Of a stretch of 64,000 bases of DNA, positions 24,451-38,703 are shown one piece after another. Position 1 is the stretch's first letter; each line of letters starts with the position of its first letter. Source of the stretch: Lama guanicoe (lineage: Eukaryota). Position numbers and translations under genes: made by a program. The notes under the pieces are model-generated. The model was not told the DNA's origin. It saw only the letters and a program-made list of their open reading frames with translations, and did not search any database. The DNA lies in the NCBI GenBank assembly GCA_013239625.1, contig MU054187.1, positions 11,119,231-11,183,230 of the forward strand, written 5' to 3'.

Positions 24451-25994
24451 AATGTTATCCTAGTGACATAATTAATCATACATTGAACAGCGTGCAAAAC
24501 TCTATCCCGTTCATTCACTTCCCCCTTGAAATATAAAAAGGACCCTTGCTTTGGAAGATGATTGTGCAAACCCTGAGCAATCTCTAATACTGGAACCCAG
24601 GGACTCTCGAAAACAGCTACATAAGCACACCACGTAAGTTTGAATTTCTTCTTGTTCGTGCATAAAAAGTTTCAAGTCATAGACTCAGAGTCCTTTTAGC
24701 AGTACCATGCAAGTGTTGAGTTGACTAAAAGCACGTATTTCCACCCGATGTCAAACACACAGCCAAGCTTTGACTTTGCAGGGAAGCTGTAGTCTCCGTG
24801 CCAAGTCGAAAATCAGAGAGCTGCGTTCGCTCCGAATTCCAGCGCACCAGTCGGATGCATACTGTCCTCGTCTGGGAACTAAAGAGGAGACTCACCGAGG
24901 CCATTTGGCTCCAGGGGTGAATAAGTCCGTGGATGGGGTCTGATATTTTTATGTCAGTGATTTACTTCACTGTCTCTTTGAATTAAGGTTCAACTCCCCT
25001 ACCTTTCTCTATGTCAGTTGTTCTTGCTGAAGTCTAAATAAAGGAAATTTAATCCAATCTAACTATAGACTGAAAATAAACACTAAAGGGGAAAAGTAAG
25101 CAGCTCATGTTATTGAAATTCCAAGAGCTCTTTTAGTTTGGCCGACACTATTCCTACCGGGGAGCCTCCGGTGGGACCCTTGGTAAGTGAATAAACAAAA
25201 AGCCAAGTACTATCAAGTAATTGTCTGGCACTGTCAGAACATTTCCATCTTATTTAAGAAGAAAGCACCCACTGGTGTCAGTGAGCATAACATAACAGTG
25301 AGGAAATCCACACCGGCGTGCAATGGCTTTTCCCCATTAAGCCATGAAGGGCAGGCTGAGTTACGGTCATGCCTTGCCAAACAAGTTTCAGCTCAAGTCA
25401 GGAAGGTGGAAAACGCCTGGGTATTTCGTTGTTTAATGGAGAACACCAGATACATCGAGAGACAAGCAAGAGGCAGCAATTTATTGACTGACAAACACGC
25501 TCCGGTGGAAATAGGGAACCAGAGGACTGGCGGTAGAAGAGATTTTCCTGTAATAGTTTGCAACTGAAAGTTCCTGGAAAAGACCACCCTCCCGGAGAGC
25601 AGAGAACCTCTCCTGGGTGCATGGCACGGGCCTTCGAAATGGCCCAAGTTTTCAAACCAGACAATTTAGGAAGTTATATGACTGGAATTTTAAAACCTGC
25701 ATTTCTACTTCGTACGTCACAAAGCACTGGATTTCTTATCCTGTAATCTTTTAAGCGTGAAAATCCACAAGAGAAAAGTTTAATGAAAGCTGTTCTTTTC
25801 CAACCTTTGAAATCCCATCTTGTTAATTTGAAGGAACTTGGAAAATTGGGAATTATTGAACAGACTGGATCACAGAATTTCTAAAGCAGTTGGTAAACTG
25901 CAGGAGAGATGAAAGGTGGGGGAAAGGTGGGGGCCCTTCTCACTTGAGGGAAGGAAAGAGAACTCACTTACCAATCCCTTGCACGTGTAATGAA

Positions 25995-26160
25995 TTTACT
26001 TCTCAAATTAGTCAACTGAGCTAGGTGTTCTGAACCCCATTTTATAGATGAGGAAAGAGAGACTAAGAGAGATTAAATAAATTGTCCAAGATCACACAGA
26101 TAGGAGAAATCAAAGGAGAGATTTTTTTCACTAGAAACCTCTGGCTCATATGTCCTGCAT
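25995..26160 (-). mobile_element. MIR SINE
   Basis: ccccattttatagatgaggaaa...gagagattaaataaattgtccaagatcacacag. Confidence 0.8.
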
Positions 26161-26383
26161 GCCTGGTATTCCCCTGGGGCCGGGGTCAGGGTGGGGGAAT
26201 GCATGAAACTGAAGACCATCTTTCTCTTACACGTTCCTAATACGGATATCCTAGTGTCCCAAATGCAAGTATTTTTAGTGGCCCTGCCATTCTCTCTCCT
26301 TCCATCACTCTTTGCCCTCCTCTCTCGCTCCCTCTCACAGTCTCCCTCTCACTTTCCTTCTCTCTCTTTACTCTTCCTTCTCT

Positions 26384-26385
<2 letters not shown>

Positions 26386-26416
<31 letters not shown>
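26386..26416. repeat. (CA)n microsatellite preceded by a CT-rich tract
   Basis: Directly visible. Confidence 0.95.
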
Positions 26417-26417
<1 letters not shown>

Positions 26418-26419
26418 TT

Positions 26420-27375
26420 AAAACCACTTCAGACAAAGTTGCAGACATGATAACCTATTACCTCTAAGTACCTTAGTGTGCTTTTCATGACAAAAGGCAT
26501 GTTTCTACATAATTATGGGACAATCATAAAAATGAAGAAATTAACATAGATATAATCCTACTCTCCAATCCACAGGCCCCATTCAGATTTTGTCAATTAC
26601 TCCAACAATATTATTTATAAGCTCCTTCCCTTCTGGTTCAGAATCTGATCATTTAGTTGTCAAGTCTCTTTTGCCTCCTAGATTAGAATAGTCCTTCCGG
26701 GTTTTTTTCCTTGTACTTCATGATTCTGACATTTTTTGAGGCATCAGACCAGTTACTTGGATTCGCTTGATATTTTCTAGATTTAGGTTATGCATCTTTG
26801 GCAGGAGTACCACAGAAGGCACATTATTCTTCTCAGTGTAACATATCAATAAGCACATAATGTTGACTTACTACTTGGATAATCAAATGTCTGTCAGATT
26901 TCTCCACCATAAGACTACTTAGTAAGATTTTTGTATTTTAGATATTTTTGATAAGGATTTAATGGGAAGGATATTTGGTAACAATTGAATTATCATTCTC
27001 CTCATCAAATACTCGCTCTCTAGGTTTAATATCTATTGATAGTTTTTGTCTAAATCAATTATTACCATGAGATTGCCGAAGGGATATTTCTAAAGTCTAT
27101 CATTTCTTATTAATTGTCTTGTTACTCTTAAGACAGAGGTTTGTCTTCTGTCTTATTTATTAATCTATTCATTCATTTGTTTACTTAAATCACCATGTAC
27201 TCATAAATTCCATTTTTATCCAATAGATCATAATCCATTGCTATTATACCTTTTTCAGAGATTCACTTACATGTACATCTTTCTAAATCCATTTATCTAT
27301 ATATATATAAAAATCAAGAGTTCACACCAATGCCTCCAATTCCAACTCAACCTCACAGGATTTATACTGTATCCT
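26420..27375 (-). mobile_element. Ancient L1 3' region, L1MC5-like
   Basis: aagttgcagacatgat...cctctaagtaccttagtgtg...aagaaattaacatagatataat...agatttaggttatgcatctttggcaggagtaccacagaag. Confidence 0.75.
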
Positions 27376-29051
27376 TCACCTCAATCCTTCTGATATGTTG
27401 GACCCACAACTCCTGTCTCAGGTTCTTGAAGTGCCTGAAGATCCTACTTTTTTAATCATTAAATAATTTAACAATTACAGTAAGAATTGAATTCGAAATA
27501 TTCCTTTTTTGCATGTGATCTCATTTTATTTACAGCAAAACTACTTATGAAATTCCCATAGTCAGGCCTGGTGATGGCAGAAGGCTGTCAGGTTTGGACA
27601 GTGCTTTGTGTGCCCACAAAAAAAAATTTATATATACTTAAAAAGAAATGGTTTCTTGGCACAATTTTTTTGCCATTTGTTCCACAATCACATGTAAGAA
27701 AGTCTACCTAAATATGTAGGGTATATACACAACTTTTCATCAACATTGAATTGATTTCATTGATTTTTTTTTTTTTGGTACATGTATGTATTCATATAGG
27801 AGAGAGAAAGAATCTACAGTGGGACTTCTAAGTCCAGCCAAGATGCAGCAGCCTCATTCTTCCCAGTTTCTCTGTCTGAAATTTATAAAAACCCTGGGCA
27901 TAATGCAAAAAAAAAAACAAGTCTAAGAAGACTCTGAAAGGTGGAAATACAGACCTCAGAACTTGATGAACAATGCAGTGGTGAGTCATCTGGGCTTCCT
28001 TAACTTCTTCCTATGTATGTCAAACAGAGCACTTCAGAAGCTTTCAACTCTCAACTGCCAACACACACAGGAAACAAAAAGCAAACAAATAAACAAACAA
28101 ACAAAAAGCAGCTTCAAAAATGTCCTATTTCCCTGGCCAAAGAATAGGAAGTGTAGCATGTCAACAGAAAAAAAAAAAAACATTCCTACTATAACCAGAA
28201 TTAATGGAAAAAACCACAGCATCTCCCTTCAGTGGGGCCAAGAAAGGAAATGTTCTTCTACTCTACCCCTCCACCCATTGTAAGCAAGCATCGTGCTCTC
28301 TTTCCTCACTGGGTGGTGTCCATGCTTCCCAGCAGGGAGCTGAGTCTCCACCTTCATCCAATATCAATAAGACTAGAAAAGGGAGTGCAAGGCAGAGCTT
28401 GTCAACACTGCTGGTGTCAGCAGGCCCAGGGGAGAGCTGGATGCCTATACCCACCCAGCAGCAATGAGACTGACTGAGGAGGTACAAGGCTGGACTAATC
28501 TAGTGCATATTCCACTCTCTTCCACCCTGGTGTCAGGAGGGCACAGTGGGAAGCTGAGCCTCCATCCCCATATGGTATCAATGAGTCAGGAGATGATGGG
28601 AGGCGGGCTAGTTGGCACTCCATGTCTCCACTCCCTAGTGTCATCAGGGTTCAGTGGAGAGCCAAACTCCTAATCCAACTCAGCAGCAACAAAGTGGCAA
28701 AAACCAAATGTAAACACCTACCAGATTTTTGCACTACCTAAAGCTGGGTGACTGCCTAAAATCAACCAACAAACAAAGAAATAAACAGAAACCTAAATAG
28801 AATCCAGAGACTCATAATACCCAAAATGTCCAGCAGACAAAGAAAAAAAAAAAAAACAAAGGAAAAATCCCAACTTGAATGAGAAAAGACATTCAACAAA
28901 CACCAACACCCAGATGAATCAGATGTTGGAATCAAGAGACAAAAGAGTTTAAAGCAGTCATCATAAAAATGTTTCACTAAGCAATTATGAATTCTCTTAA
29001 TGCAATTAAAAAAGAAAATCTAAACATAGAAGTAACAGTTACACAAAGAGA

Positions 29052-29278
29052 ATGGATGACTAGTTGATAACACTGTATTACATAATTGAAATTTGCTAAG
29101 AGCAGAACTTAAATATTCTCATGAAAAAGTTTTTTTTTAATTAGGTAAATATAAGGTGATGGGTGTGTTAATTCAATGAAGGAAATCCTTTCACAATGTA
29201 TATGCATGTCAAATCATCATGTTGTACACTTTAAATATCTGACAATTTTATTTGTCAATTATAATTCAATAAAGCTGA
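29052..29278 (+). mobile_element. L1 3'UTR fragment (L1MA9/10-like) nested within the older ORF1
   Basis: actgtattacataattgaaatttgctaagag...aaatcatcatgttgtacactttaaatat...tttgtcaattataattcaataaagctg. Confidence 0.8.
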
Positions 29279-29600
29279 GAAAATGAACCAAATGGAAATT
29301 TGCGAACTGAAAAGTATAATAACTGATAATAAAAAGAAACCTTGCTGAGTGGGCTGACTTATAGAAAGGCAATGGCAGAGGATAGAATCAGTGAACTTGA
29401 AGACAGAGCTATAGAATTTACCCAATCTGAACAACAGAAAGTAGACTAAAAAAAAAAAAAAATGAACAGTGTCAAGAATCTGTGCAATGGTAACCAAAAA
29501 AATCTAACATTCATACCATCAGAGTCCCAGAAGGAAAGGGAAGAAGGAACGGGATTGAAAAATTGTTCAAAAAAAAAAACCGACCAAAAACTATCCAAAT

Positions 29601-29951
29601 TTGGCAGAAGATGTAAACCTATACATTCAAGAAGCTGAGCAAATCTCAAATAAGATAAGCCCTAAGAAATACAAACCAAGGCACATTATAGTTAAGTTTG
29701 TAAAAACTAAAGACAAAAAAAAAATTATTGAAAGCAGTCAGAGAGAAACAACTCATTACCTACAGAGGAACAATGATTTGAGCTTGGCAGATATCTCCTC
29801 TGAAACCACAGAGGCCAAAAGAAAGTGGCATGATATTTCCCAAGTCCTGAAAGAAAAGCACTGCCAACTGAGATTCTTGTATCAGGAGAAAATATCCTTC
29901 AGGAATGAAGAAAAACTCGAAACATTCTTGGAAGAAGGAAAATGGAGATAA
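29601..29951 (+). pseudogene. L1 ORF1p RRM/CTD fragment
   Basis: IQEAEQ...PRHIIVKF...ADISSETTEAKRKWHDISQVLKEKHCQLRFLYQEKISFRNEEK. Confidence 0.9.
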
Positions 29952-32364
29952 TTCTTTGCTAGCCTTAAAAAATGGCTAACAGAAGTTCTCTAAAGAGACA
30001 AGCAATAATGACTGCTGTGAACCAGTGCTTTTTAAAATCTCCCTGTAGGCAGATTCATTGGAAGAATGAAATACATACATTTTGTACTGAACAATGGTGT
30101 TATTGGAAAATCCTGCCTAAGCTCTTGCTATGAGAACAGTGTTGTCTGAAAAAACAAGCTGAAAAATGTGAGTTGTCGGTGCCATCTTGGTTTTCCACTG
30201 CTGGTTTGAGACAGAAATGTGGTCCTACTGTGAAACCTCAGCACAACTGCTCATGGAAGGAAAGCCAAAGACAAATGACAGAGCATCTCAGGATTTTGAG
30301 TCTAGCCTTGAGCTGATCTGGCACCAAGATGAAAACTCCAGCATCCTCCCAAAAGAAAGGATGGCATTAGAAATACACCTCAGAGTACTCTTCTAAAAAG
30401 AATGCCAGTGATCCAAGACCTGCTGAAACTAGGCCGAGAACTATTCTCCTGGCCAAAAAAGAAGAGGTGGATTCTTCGGTTTTGCTCAAAAAGGTCAAGG
30501 GTGAGGATGGAGGAATAGTAGTTTGGGGTGTGGAAGTGTGATTTAAGGGAAAAAAAAAACTTTTCCATTATTCCTCTGTCTGAATATTCAAAGTCTGGAA
30601 CACATCAAAAGCAGTTAAAAATAAAGCAGATTGTTTTACTTATCTGTCATCCCAGCGTAGTTTCCATAGTATTTAAAACAGCAAGCTATCTTTGGGTGAC
30701 ATTAGCTTTAGTGATGTGAATTGCAGTTTTCGTTATGATGTCAGAGCTTAGTGATTTAGTAAGTGGAAGGAAAACTAATAGAATGTACCTTAATAGGAAG
30801 AAAATCAGCGGAACTGAATAAACTAGAGTTTACATTCCCTCAGTCTCTATTTTTCATCTAATATTATCCCATGTGACTGGAGCCTCAGCCAAGAACTGAA
30901 TTTTATTTTTTCTGGTCCTATGATTTCCCTTCAGTAAGAAATGTTCAGGCTAAGACACATTAATAAATGCAAATAAATTCAGCTAGTTTTTGCTTGGCTG
31001 GTTTTCAAAGAGGATCAAGAAAGGAAATGGAGAACACCAAATGATAAACTATTCAAAAGAGCATTTTGAAATTGGCAAAGTCACAAGAATGGTATTTTAA
31101 GGGGGTTCAGATACATAATATGTTTTATAGAACATTAGAACATTCAGAAAAAAGAAAATAATCAAACCATAGCCCTTTAGACAGAGATGGCATGGCCAGG
31201 GGGTTAGTTGATAGATAGTAAATACTTTTTAAATGATTTCAATTCAAGTACAGCGAAGGGTAAGATTTGTTAAAGAAAAGATCTTTATGAAGCACATGGA
31301 GATATTTGGAGTGAGATGAGATTTCACTTGTGATGTAAGGGGAAAATATTCACTATTTCTTTTACACGTTAAGCAGGTAATTACCAGGAGGTAGACTGCT
31401 GCTCTAGGCTCTCACAACCACCAAACTTGTATTAAGCATGGCAATTACAGATTGTTAAGTGGCTTGTTAGTATTACTCACCCCCAAAAAATGGATTTGTA
31501 GTGAGAAATGTGTCACTAATAGTAGACTAAATGACATCAGTCCTGAAATCCTACTGCTCATTAGCTCTCCATGAGATTGCTTTACAGTATGCTTGTAAAG
31601 AAAAAGAGACACATTCAAACTCAATGTTTATCAGTACAGAAAAAATAAAATACAAGTCTGTATATAAAATGCATTTAGTGGCGGGAGGTTTCAGAATGAC
31701 TAGTGGTTTTGTTGTTGTTTATTAATTTGATATGGCTTTTTCATCTTATTTTGCTTTGTTTTAATTCCTTTGGTCTTCTGCCAGTCACCATCCTCAAGTC
31801 CTAAAGGCACCAACTGACACAATTTCCAGGTTGCCCAAACAGGAAAACAGTGGAATGGTTACTGAATTTGATTAGTGTAGTTTATTTTCCGTATCAAGTA
31901 ACTCCGGTCAACTCAAGGAAAGTCCACAAACATGAACCACTAGGATTTTAGAGGAAGTGGATGCTGCGAACCACCAAATCTCAAAGGTTTGTTTTAATCT
32001 CAGAGGTAATTCTATCTTTATAGTTAATCAGTGTTACAGTAAAGAATTCAAGAGAAAATATCTGATTTTGCCAGGATTGTCCATAGATGTTTTAATTCAA
32101 ATAAACAAGAGAAGTGAATGACCCAAGGACGGTAGTCTTCAAGAGTTTCATCAGAATTCATAAAAGTCCCTCGTTTAAATAGTGTTGTTTTGGGACGTGC
32201 TGTATCATCTTGGAATTTGGGTTAATAAGGAAATGCTCATTTTAAGTATTCTCCTGATTTAGCTGAGTCCTTTGGAGTTGATGGGTTAGAGGGAAACAAT
32301 ATGAGGTGATATTGAATCTGAAAATTTTCTCTTCTCTGATTGATGGGACACAACAGGTTTTCAA

Positions 32365-32580
32365 AGAGAGTGGCCTTGGGTTTAAACAGCCTGCGTGTAG
32401 ATCAGGTGTTGCCACCTACTTCCTCCATCACCTTGCCAGTCCTTTAACCTCTCTGAGCTCATCAACAAAAGGAGGCCTGCACCGCCTTCTCTGTTTAACT
32501 CACAATGTTTGTCATGAAATCGTGATGAACGAATAGATATGAAAATACTTTTTATAAAGTCAGTCATTATACAAGGAAAT
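32365..32580 (+). mobile_element. MIR/MIR3 SINE
   Basis: caccttgccagtcctttaacctctctgagctc...ctcacaatgtttgtcatgaaatc...atatgaaaatacttt. Confidence 0.65.
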
Positions 32581-34239
32581 ATGTATTGTTTTCTTTTTAT
32601 AAAATAAATGTGAGCTAAATGACAACCATTCTAGTTATCCAAATGGGTTAAACACGGCCAAGCCATGATATCTGGTCATTGTTCACACTTACAAATGAAA
32701 AACTCATTCTTAATGTATCAATATCATGACTGAAATCAATGGCTTTGAGGTCTTAGAAAAAAATGACAGACTCCAGATTGGCTTGCCCTTAGGATTTAAA
32801 TAATGTGCTCTGTGGAATTAATAATTGTATAAGAAATATTTGCTGAATGAAGTAATGAATGAACAAGCCTTGACCACAGAAATAAATCCAACCCTATGGA
32901 TTTCAGAGTTGCAGGAAAGCCACTCACCTAAAGGTCATTCATTGCCTTTTTTACACAAAATGTCATTTAAAAGAGCCTTGAATTTACATTATTAGAGAAC
33001 TTAGTATAAGTTAAGGCATTATTTCTTTATGATCCTATGAAAATAGATATTTGAGATAACAGACTTAATTTAATCCTGATGTATGCTTACTGTGTTTAAT
33101 GCTGTGAACAAACAAAAAAACTTGATAAAGTACTGCAAGGGATCACTCATTCTGATGCCTGAATATTGATAACCTAGACAGATTTTATGTCCACGTGGAT
33201 TTTTGAATGTCATACAGGAAGAACTACATTGGACACTTGCTTCTCTTAAAATAACCATTTATGATAGAAAGTGAGTAGTTTTAAATGCTTACTCATGTGC
33301 TAGTCAAGACTCGCGTGCAAAGAATTCAAAATGAATGTAATTATGCTCTGACGGTATCATTCTTTCTAATGAAATACTAAGGAAATCTGTTAAGTAGGAA
33401 GGTTTAGTAGAAGATTTTGAAGTGCAATAGCTACAAGAGTTGGCTTTTTAAACGCGAGTAAACTATTCCAGCAGATGACTGAAAATGAGCAGAAAAGTCT
33501 TAGAAGATTGCAATCTGCAAGCTCAGCAAAATAGCCAACCATTCTTGCTTGGAGTCTAAAAAAAATCTGGGTCACTCTTAAAAGAACAAAAACTTGGGAA
33601 AAGTTTCTATAGAAACGTAGTAAAATTTAGTTCAAAATTCTTAAATACATACTATATTTATCTACATCTAACCTCAAAGCTTAGTCTTAAAACTTATTGT
33701 CAACATGACAGTAACCCGTTTGGAAAAGTCTTGAGAACATTTTTGCTGCTGACTTACTTTTTTCCTCTATGTATATCACAAATTTTCACTATGTCTCAAA
33801 CTAGGCTAAGTTCAGAATGTAAGGAGAAGAAATCGATTACCTGATCCCCTTTAATCAGCAATACTTGGAATGGTCCATATTCCATAATGCATATTCCGTG
33901 ATACAGTCCCGGCATCTCAGGTTACAGTGAGCAGCGTCCTGGCAACCGCCATGATGCTCTACAAACAAGAGCTCTTGGGCTGGAAGGAATCCCTGCTTCC
34001 AATCTCTTTGCAACCTAGGTTTTCACTCTTCTATCTGTCTTGTTCTAGGGCCTTTTTCTTGACCAGACTCTATTTGGGACCATCTCTACCAACGTGGATA
34101 GCTTTTACTGGTAGGATGATCTGACAAGCCATCTTGGTTGAGAATGGAACAAACTCTTCTCAGCTTGGCTGGAATTATTGAAAGTTTTTTTTTTTTTAGA
34201 GCAAAAAGAGGAAAATATGACACCTCTCCTTGTATAAGC

Positions 34240-34712
34240 CATTGTTGTTGCCCAAGAAATGCTCCTTCTTTTCCTGCCATTCAATCTTGCCCCAGTTTCA
34301 AAGTGGACATGTAACTGATGATAGAAAAGCCATTTTTGTAGCCTCAGTGATTGGTTCAGAAAGAGGTAAAGAACCCAAGCTAGTCTACGCAAATGCTTCC
34401 TGGGATTTTGTGTGGTGACTGTGTGAGAAAGAACATTTTCATCTCTGGGAATGGAAATTTTTGGATGTGAATCCAGTGCTGCAGTATGGTCATGATCTCC
34501 ACTCAATATGGTAAAAGGGGAAGAAAATCCATCTGTAGAAAGAGAGTATGAAGCCAAATAGAAAATGCAGAGAGAGGGAGAGAGAGAATTCTGACTTTGT
34601 TTGAGGCCCAAGGCCAGCTCTTCCACCACCCTTTTGTGAGCCAATAAATTCCTCCTTTAGACTTGTTCGAGATGATTTCTGTCACTTGAAACCAAGAGTA
34701 TTGACCAATAAC
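34240..34712 (+). mobile_element. MaLR solo LTR, MLT1J/K-like
   Basis: cagtgattggttcag...gtgagccaataaattcctc...tttctgtcacttgaaaccaagagtattgaccaata. Confidence 0.75.
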
Positions 34713-34989
34713 CACATACTCCCCAAAGTAACTGAAACAGGAAAGACTACAAAGCATAGTTTCTTTGTTTGTAAATAACAGAAGTTTGCTTACATATTAA
34801 CCCTAACTTGGAAACTAAATTTACCAGATTCACAAGTTGTTGAGTTTTTGGTCTTTTCAAAAAATCTTTCTGATTCACTCAGACTTGGATATTTTATGTG
34901 ACCACTCAGTACTGGGTCCAAAGCTAATTTAGGTTGCCACTTTTAGTCACTGCACAGAGAGATTCCAAGTACTTTGCAGATCTTTTCAT

Positions 34990-35600
34990 TCATCCATTCT
35001 TTCACTTATTAAATAAACATTGATTGATAGTTCTACTGCATCATAGTCAATGTTCTAGACCTTACAATTGCAAATAAAAGAGCAGTCCACTCTAGAAACT
35101 TACAGTGTAATAAAGGAATAAGCATATGTGAAATCTAAAAAAAAAATGAGCATAAACACAAAACAGAAACAGACTCATAGACACAGAACACAAACTTGTG
35201 GTTGCCAAGGGGGAGGTGGGTGGGAAGGGACAGACTGGGAGTTCAAAATTTGTAGATACTGACAGGCATATGCAGAATAGATAAACAAGAGTATACTGTA
35301 TAGCACAGGGAAATATATACAAGATCTTAAAGAAAAAAAGACAATGAATATATGTATGTTCATGTGTAACTGAAAAATTGTGCTCTACACTGGAATTTGA
35401 CACAGCATTGTAAAATGACTATAACTCAATTAAAAAAGTTTAAAAAATAAAATAAAAAATGAAGGAATAAGGCCCATGGAGGGTTATGGGGACTCAGAGG
35501 AGGAACCTGCTGGTTCTCTGGAAGGGTAGGGAAGTCCAGAAAGGCTTTACACAGGAGGTGACATTTGAGCTTCATCACAAAGAATGAGTGGAAATTTTCC
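34990..35600 (-). mobile_element. L2 3' region, split by an L1 insertion
   Basis: cattctttcacttattaaataaacattgattga...; cagaaaggctttacacaggaggtgacatttgagct. Confidence 0.7.
35123..35457 (+). mobile_element. Young L1 3' fragment with TSD
   Basis: catatgtgaaatctaaaaa...acagactcatagacacagaacacaaacttgtggttgccaagg...A tail; TSD aat(a/g)aaggaataag at 35109-35122 and 35458-35471. Confidence 0.92.
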
Positions 35601-38548
35601 TACAGTGCATTTCCCCAGTTGTCAATTTCTCACCTTTCTCATATCTGAATTTGAAAATGGAGACACTTAGACCATTAAAAGATGGCTTCCGTGCCAATAA
35701 CTGGACTTAAAATTTTTGCTTAAAGTATACTTGAACAGGTGAGAAAGACTGTAATGCTCAGAAGCACATTTTATTCTATGAAAATTGGAAGCAGATAAAA
35801 CAATATGGAAAGCAAGATGGATATAAGAAAGGTCTGTTTTGTATTTCTTGAATTTGAATTTTTGTTCCAGGATGACTTTTTAAACATTATTAATAATTCT
35901 GAAGGCCTTGCATAGGTCCAGGAACATTGCCAGCATTTCAGGGCATTAAACTACAAAATCTCTTCACCATGGTTTTTTAATCATTTCAGTTCTAAAGTTA
36001 ACTTTCTACAGACTGTTCATATTAGTGACTAGTAAGTCATATTAGTTGATCAAGAAAGGCAGGTTCCCAGATGATGGGGTTGTAAATGCTAGCTTTTTTC
36101 AAGAAAAGAATCATTCACTTGCTCTCAAAACTGAACTAACAATCAAAATAAAACACTAATCAATGAGGGTTTCAGAAATTGTGTTTTGATGGTTTCTTTT
36201 AAACCCAGAAAAATATATACACATTTTAAAGGAACAGCCTTGCCTTTTGTTTTGTTTATTGAATTTCATTTATTTGAACTGAATTTAAATAATTTCATAT
36301 GAGTACATGTACATTTCTTATGACTACATCTTTACCAAAGTCGTTTTAAGTCACTGGAGTGTCTACTGATTATTAAAATAGTTCATATACTTCAAGGTTT
36401 TCTTCATCGTCAAAGATAGTGTAATTACTATGTCTTGCTGCATGAGTTCCAGGAGAAACCCTTCAGGTACAAATTATTTTTGAGACCTCCGTCGCATTAC
36501 GAATGGGAAGGAAATGGTTAGAATGGGTCTGGATACTATTCAGATACACCAAAGAGGTGGAGGGAATATTGCAGAAAAGTGGCAGAAAAGGAGTAACAGT
36601 AGGCTAAACAAATACAGAAAAATGGAAACACATTTGTATTTACACACAAAAACAGAAGGAAAGCCTCTGCCCTAGCAGCTGGTATGCTTTTATGGAAAAA
36701 GATAGCAAAAGATGTCCAGAGATGGCAGTCAGCTACTTCTAAAACAGAAATGCTTTCCAATACCACAACCAATTTATCAGCTTATTTCGTGACACACACC
36801 TGTATAGCATAGTATAGGTCTGGATTGAATTCACTGAAGACATCTTTTTGTACACTGGAAATCACAGAAATATACCAAAAAATCTTGCAGCAGTGGGAGT
36901 GGATCCTTTTCACAATCATTTCCCACCCAGTCTCATATGATCTCTCTCCTCAATGCCTCCTCAGGCACATCTTTTCCGGAACACCCAGTTCATTGCTGAG
37001 TGTTGCATAAGGTAACAGCTCTGCCAGTAAGTGCTTAAGGCCAGGATGACCTTGTCCTTTTCCTTCTGTTGCGGGATTACGTGACAGGCGTGGCAGATCG
37101 CAAAACCAAATAAAGTGTCGTGTGCATATTTTTATAATTTGTCTACTAACTGTAGACAAATTACTGACAATTTTATTTATTGGGTAATCTTCCATCAAGA
37201 CTAAACTGAAACATTCTTCATGAAGTATTATAGCCAACCACGGTTCTGGTAAACCTACCAGTGTTTCCCTCTGCTTGACGATGAGTAAGACCATAATTTT
37301 TTTTTAAGATAAACTTTAAAAAAAAAAAGTTTAACAGTCTCAGGGCCAGATATCTTCATATTTTTCAGGGTAAAAAAACAGCTTCAAATATTTCAACATA
37401 GACTAGATCTAGACATAGTTTCTAATGTGAATAAAAATAATGATTCGGAATATATTTGAATCTCCACTTTCTACCTTTGCTTATTGTCAAGATTTGAAGA
37501 TTAATGTGTAGCTGCATGAAATTCAGGCTTAACGAAAAGTTTTTATAGTGTTAGTAAGGAGGGCTTGGTAGTTTAGTATTAATTAACTTTCAACATATTC
37601 TTGTGTGAGTTAAAAAAAATCACTATCCCTCAAGAATACTCATCTTTTCCAAAGAACATGAAAATCTAATTAGGAAAGTCAGTCAGTCAGAAGAGAAAAG
37701 GGACATGAGCAGGTGCATTTTTGAAAGTTCTGTTTGCTTTGGAGATTCTGAAGACAGCTGAGAAGTTTCACTTGGGATTTTCCTACAGGAATTCCTTAAA
37801 TTATCACAATATTATCACTTCCACATGTATGGCTAGTATTTCTGAAATAATATTTGAAGGTGCTTGAAAGAGACTCATTTCGGAAAACAATAGTGATTCT
37901 GAGGTAATGAAAGGCTTTTAAGGGTCAGAAGTTAGGAAATTATCACTCTTTCCTCCAGCTGTATTATTGACCTGATAAGCAACCTTCAGGAAATTATTTT
38001 ATCCTTTCTCTCTTCATTGATAAAACCCACTGCTTTTAAAGGCATTATAAAACTAAATATTGATTTGATATTGCTAAATAAAAGCAAAATCATATTGGCA
38101 GTTCAACACATCAAATTCTTATAAGCAGTTTTTTTTTAATAATCACCATGGTCACCTGAGAATAGTTTACACATTGTTTCTGGCGATAGTCACCAGTAAA
38201 CTCTTCTTCCTGTTTCTTCAAAATCTTATCTTTGAAGTGTTGGGATGTGTTCTTCAGGAAGTGGATAAATCTTGCCATCATGCCAACCAATACTAATGTT
38301 ACATGAGAAAAGCATGGCGGTTTCCATATTTCTGTCCTTAATGGGCTCATTAACTTATCTTGGTACCTGGTTGTTCTGCACCATGAAAATGAATGTCCCA
38401 TCCCTGGGTTAGCCCCTCTTCTCCCTCAAGAGCAGTAGTTGTTGCTCTTGGCTGCCACAAAGTGGCAGTGTGCCCACTGACTTCTCCGTCAGTAAACCCA
38501 ACGTTGGCCTTCAGAATGAACCAGGGCAGGAGACCTACACCTCAAGAT

Positions 38549-38703
38549 TAGCCTTGCCAGATAAAATACAGGAAGCCTGATTCCGGTTAAATTTCAGATA
38601 AACAACTGCATACTTTTATACTAAAAGAAAAATCATTCGATGTTTATCAAATTCAATCTAACTGAGTGTCTTGTATTTTTATTTGCCAAACCTGGTGACT
38701 CTA
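38549..38703. mobile_element. MER53-like palindromic hAT MITE (internally deleted)
   Basis: ttgccagataaaatacagga...aatttcagataaacaa / tgtttatc-aaattcaa...ttgtatttttatttgccaaacctggtgactcta. Confidence 0.85.

Larger units (their letters stand above)
27820..30000 (+). mobile_element. Ancient L1 5'UTR plus ORF1 remnant (L1M-type 5' end)
   Basis: Starts gggacttctaagtccagccaagatg (L1 5' YY1-like motif); ORF1-like sequence at 28800-29990. Confidence 0.8.

Noticed and set aside
34105..34644. 179-aa minus-strand ORF
   Set aside because: Largely antisense of an MLT1 LTR
38111..38401. 96-aa minus ORF with protein-like stretch (ARFIHFLKNTSQHFKDKILKKQEEEF), possible processed pseudogene
   Set aside because: I could not match it to any known protein and saw no clear polyA or TSD; BLASTX would settle it
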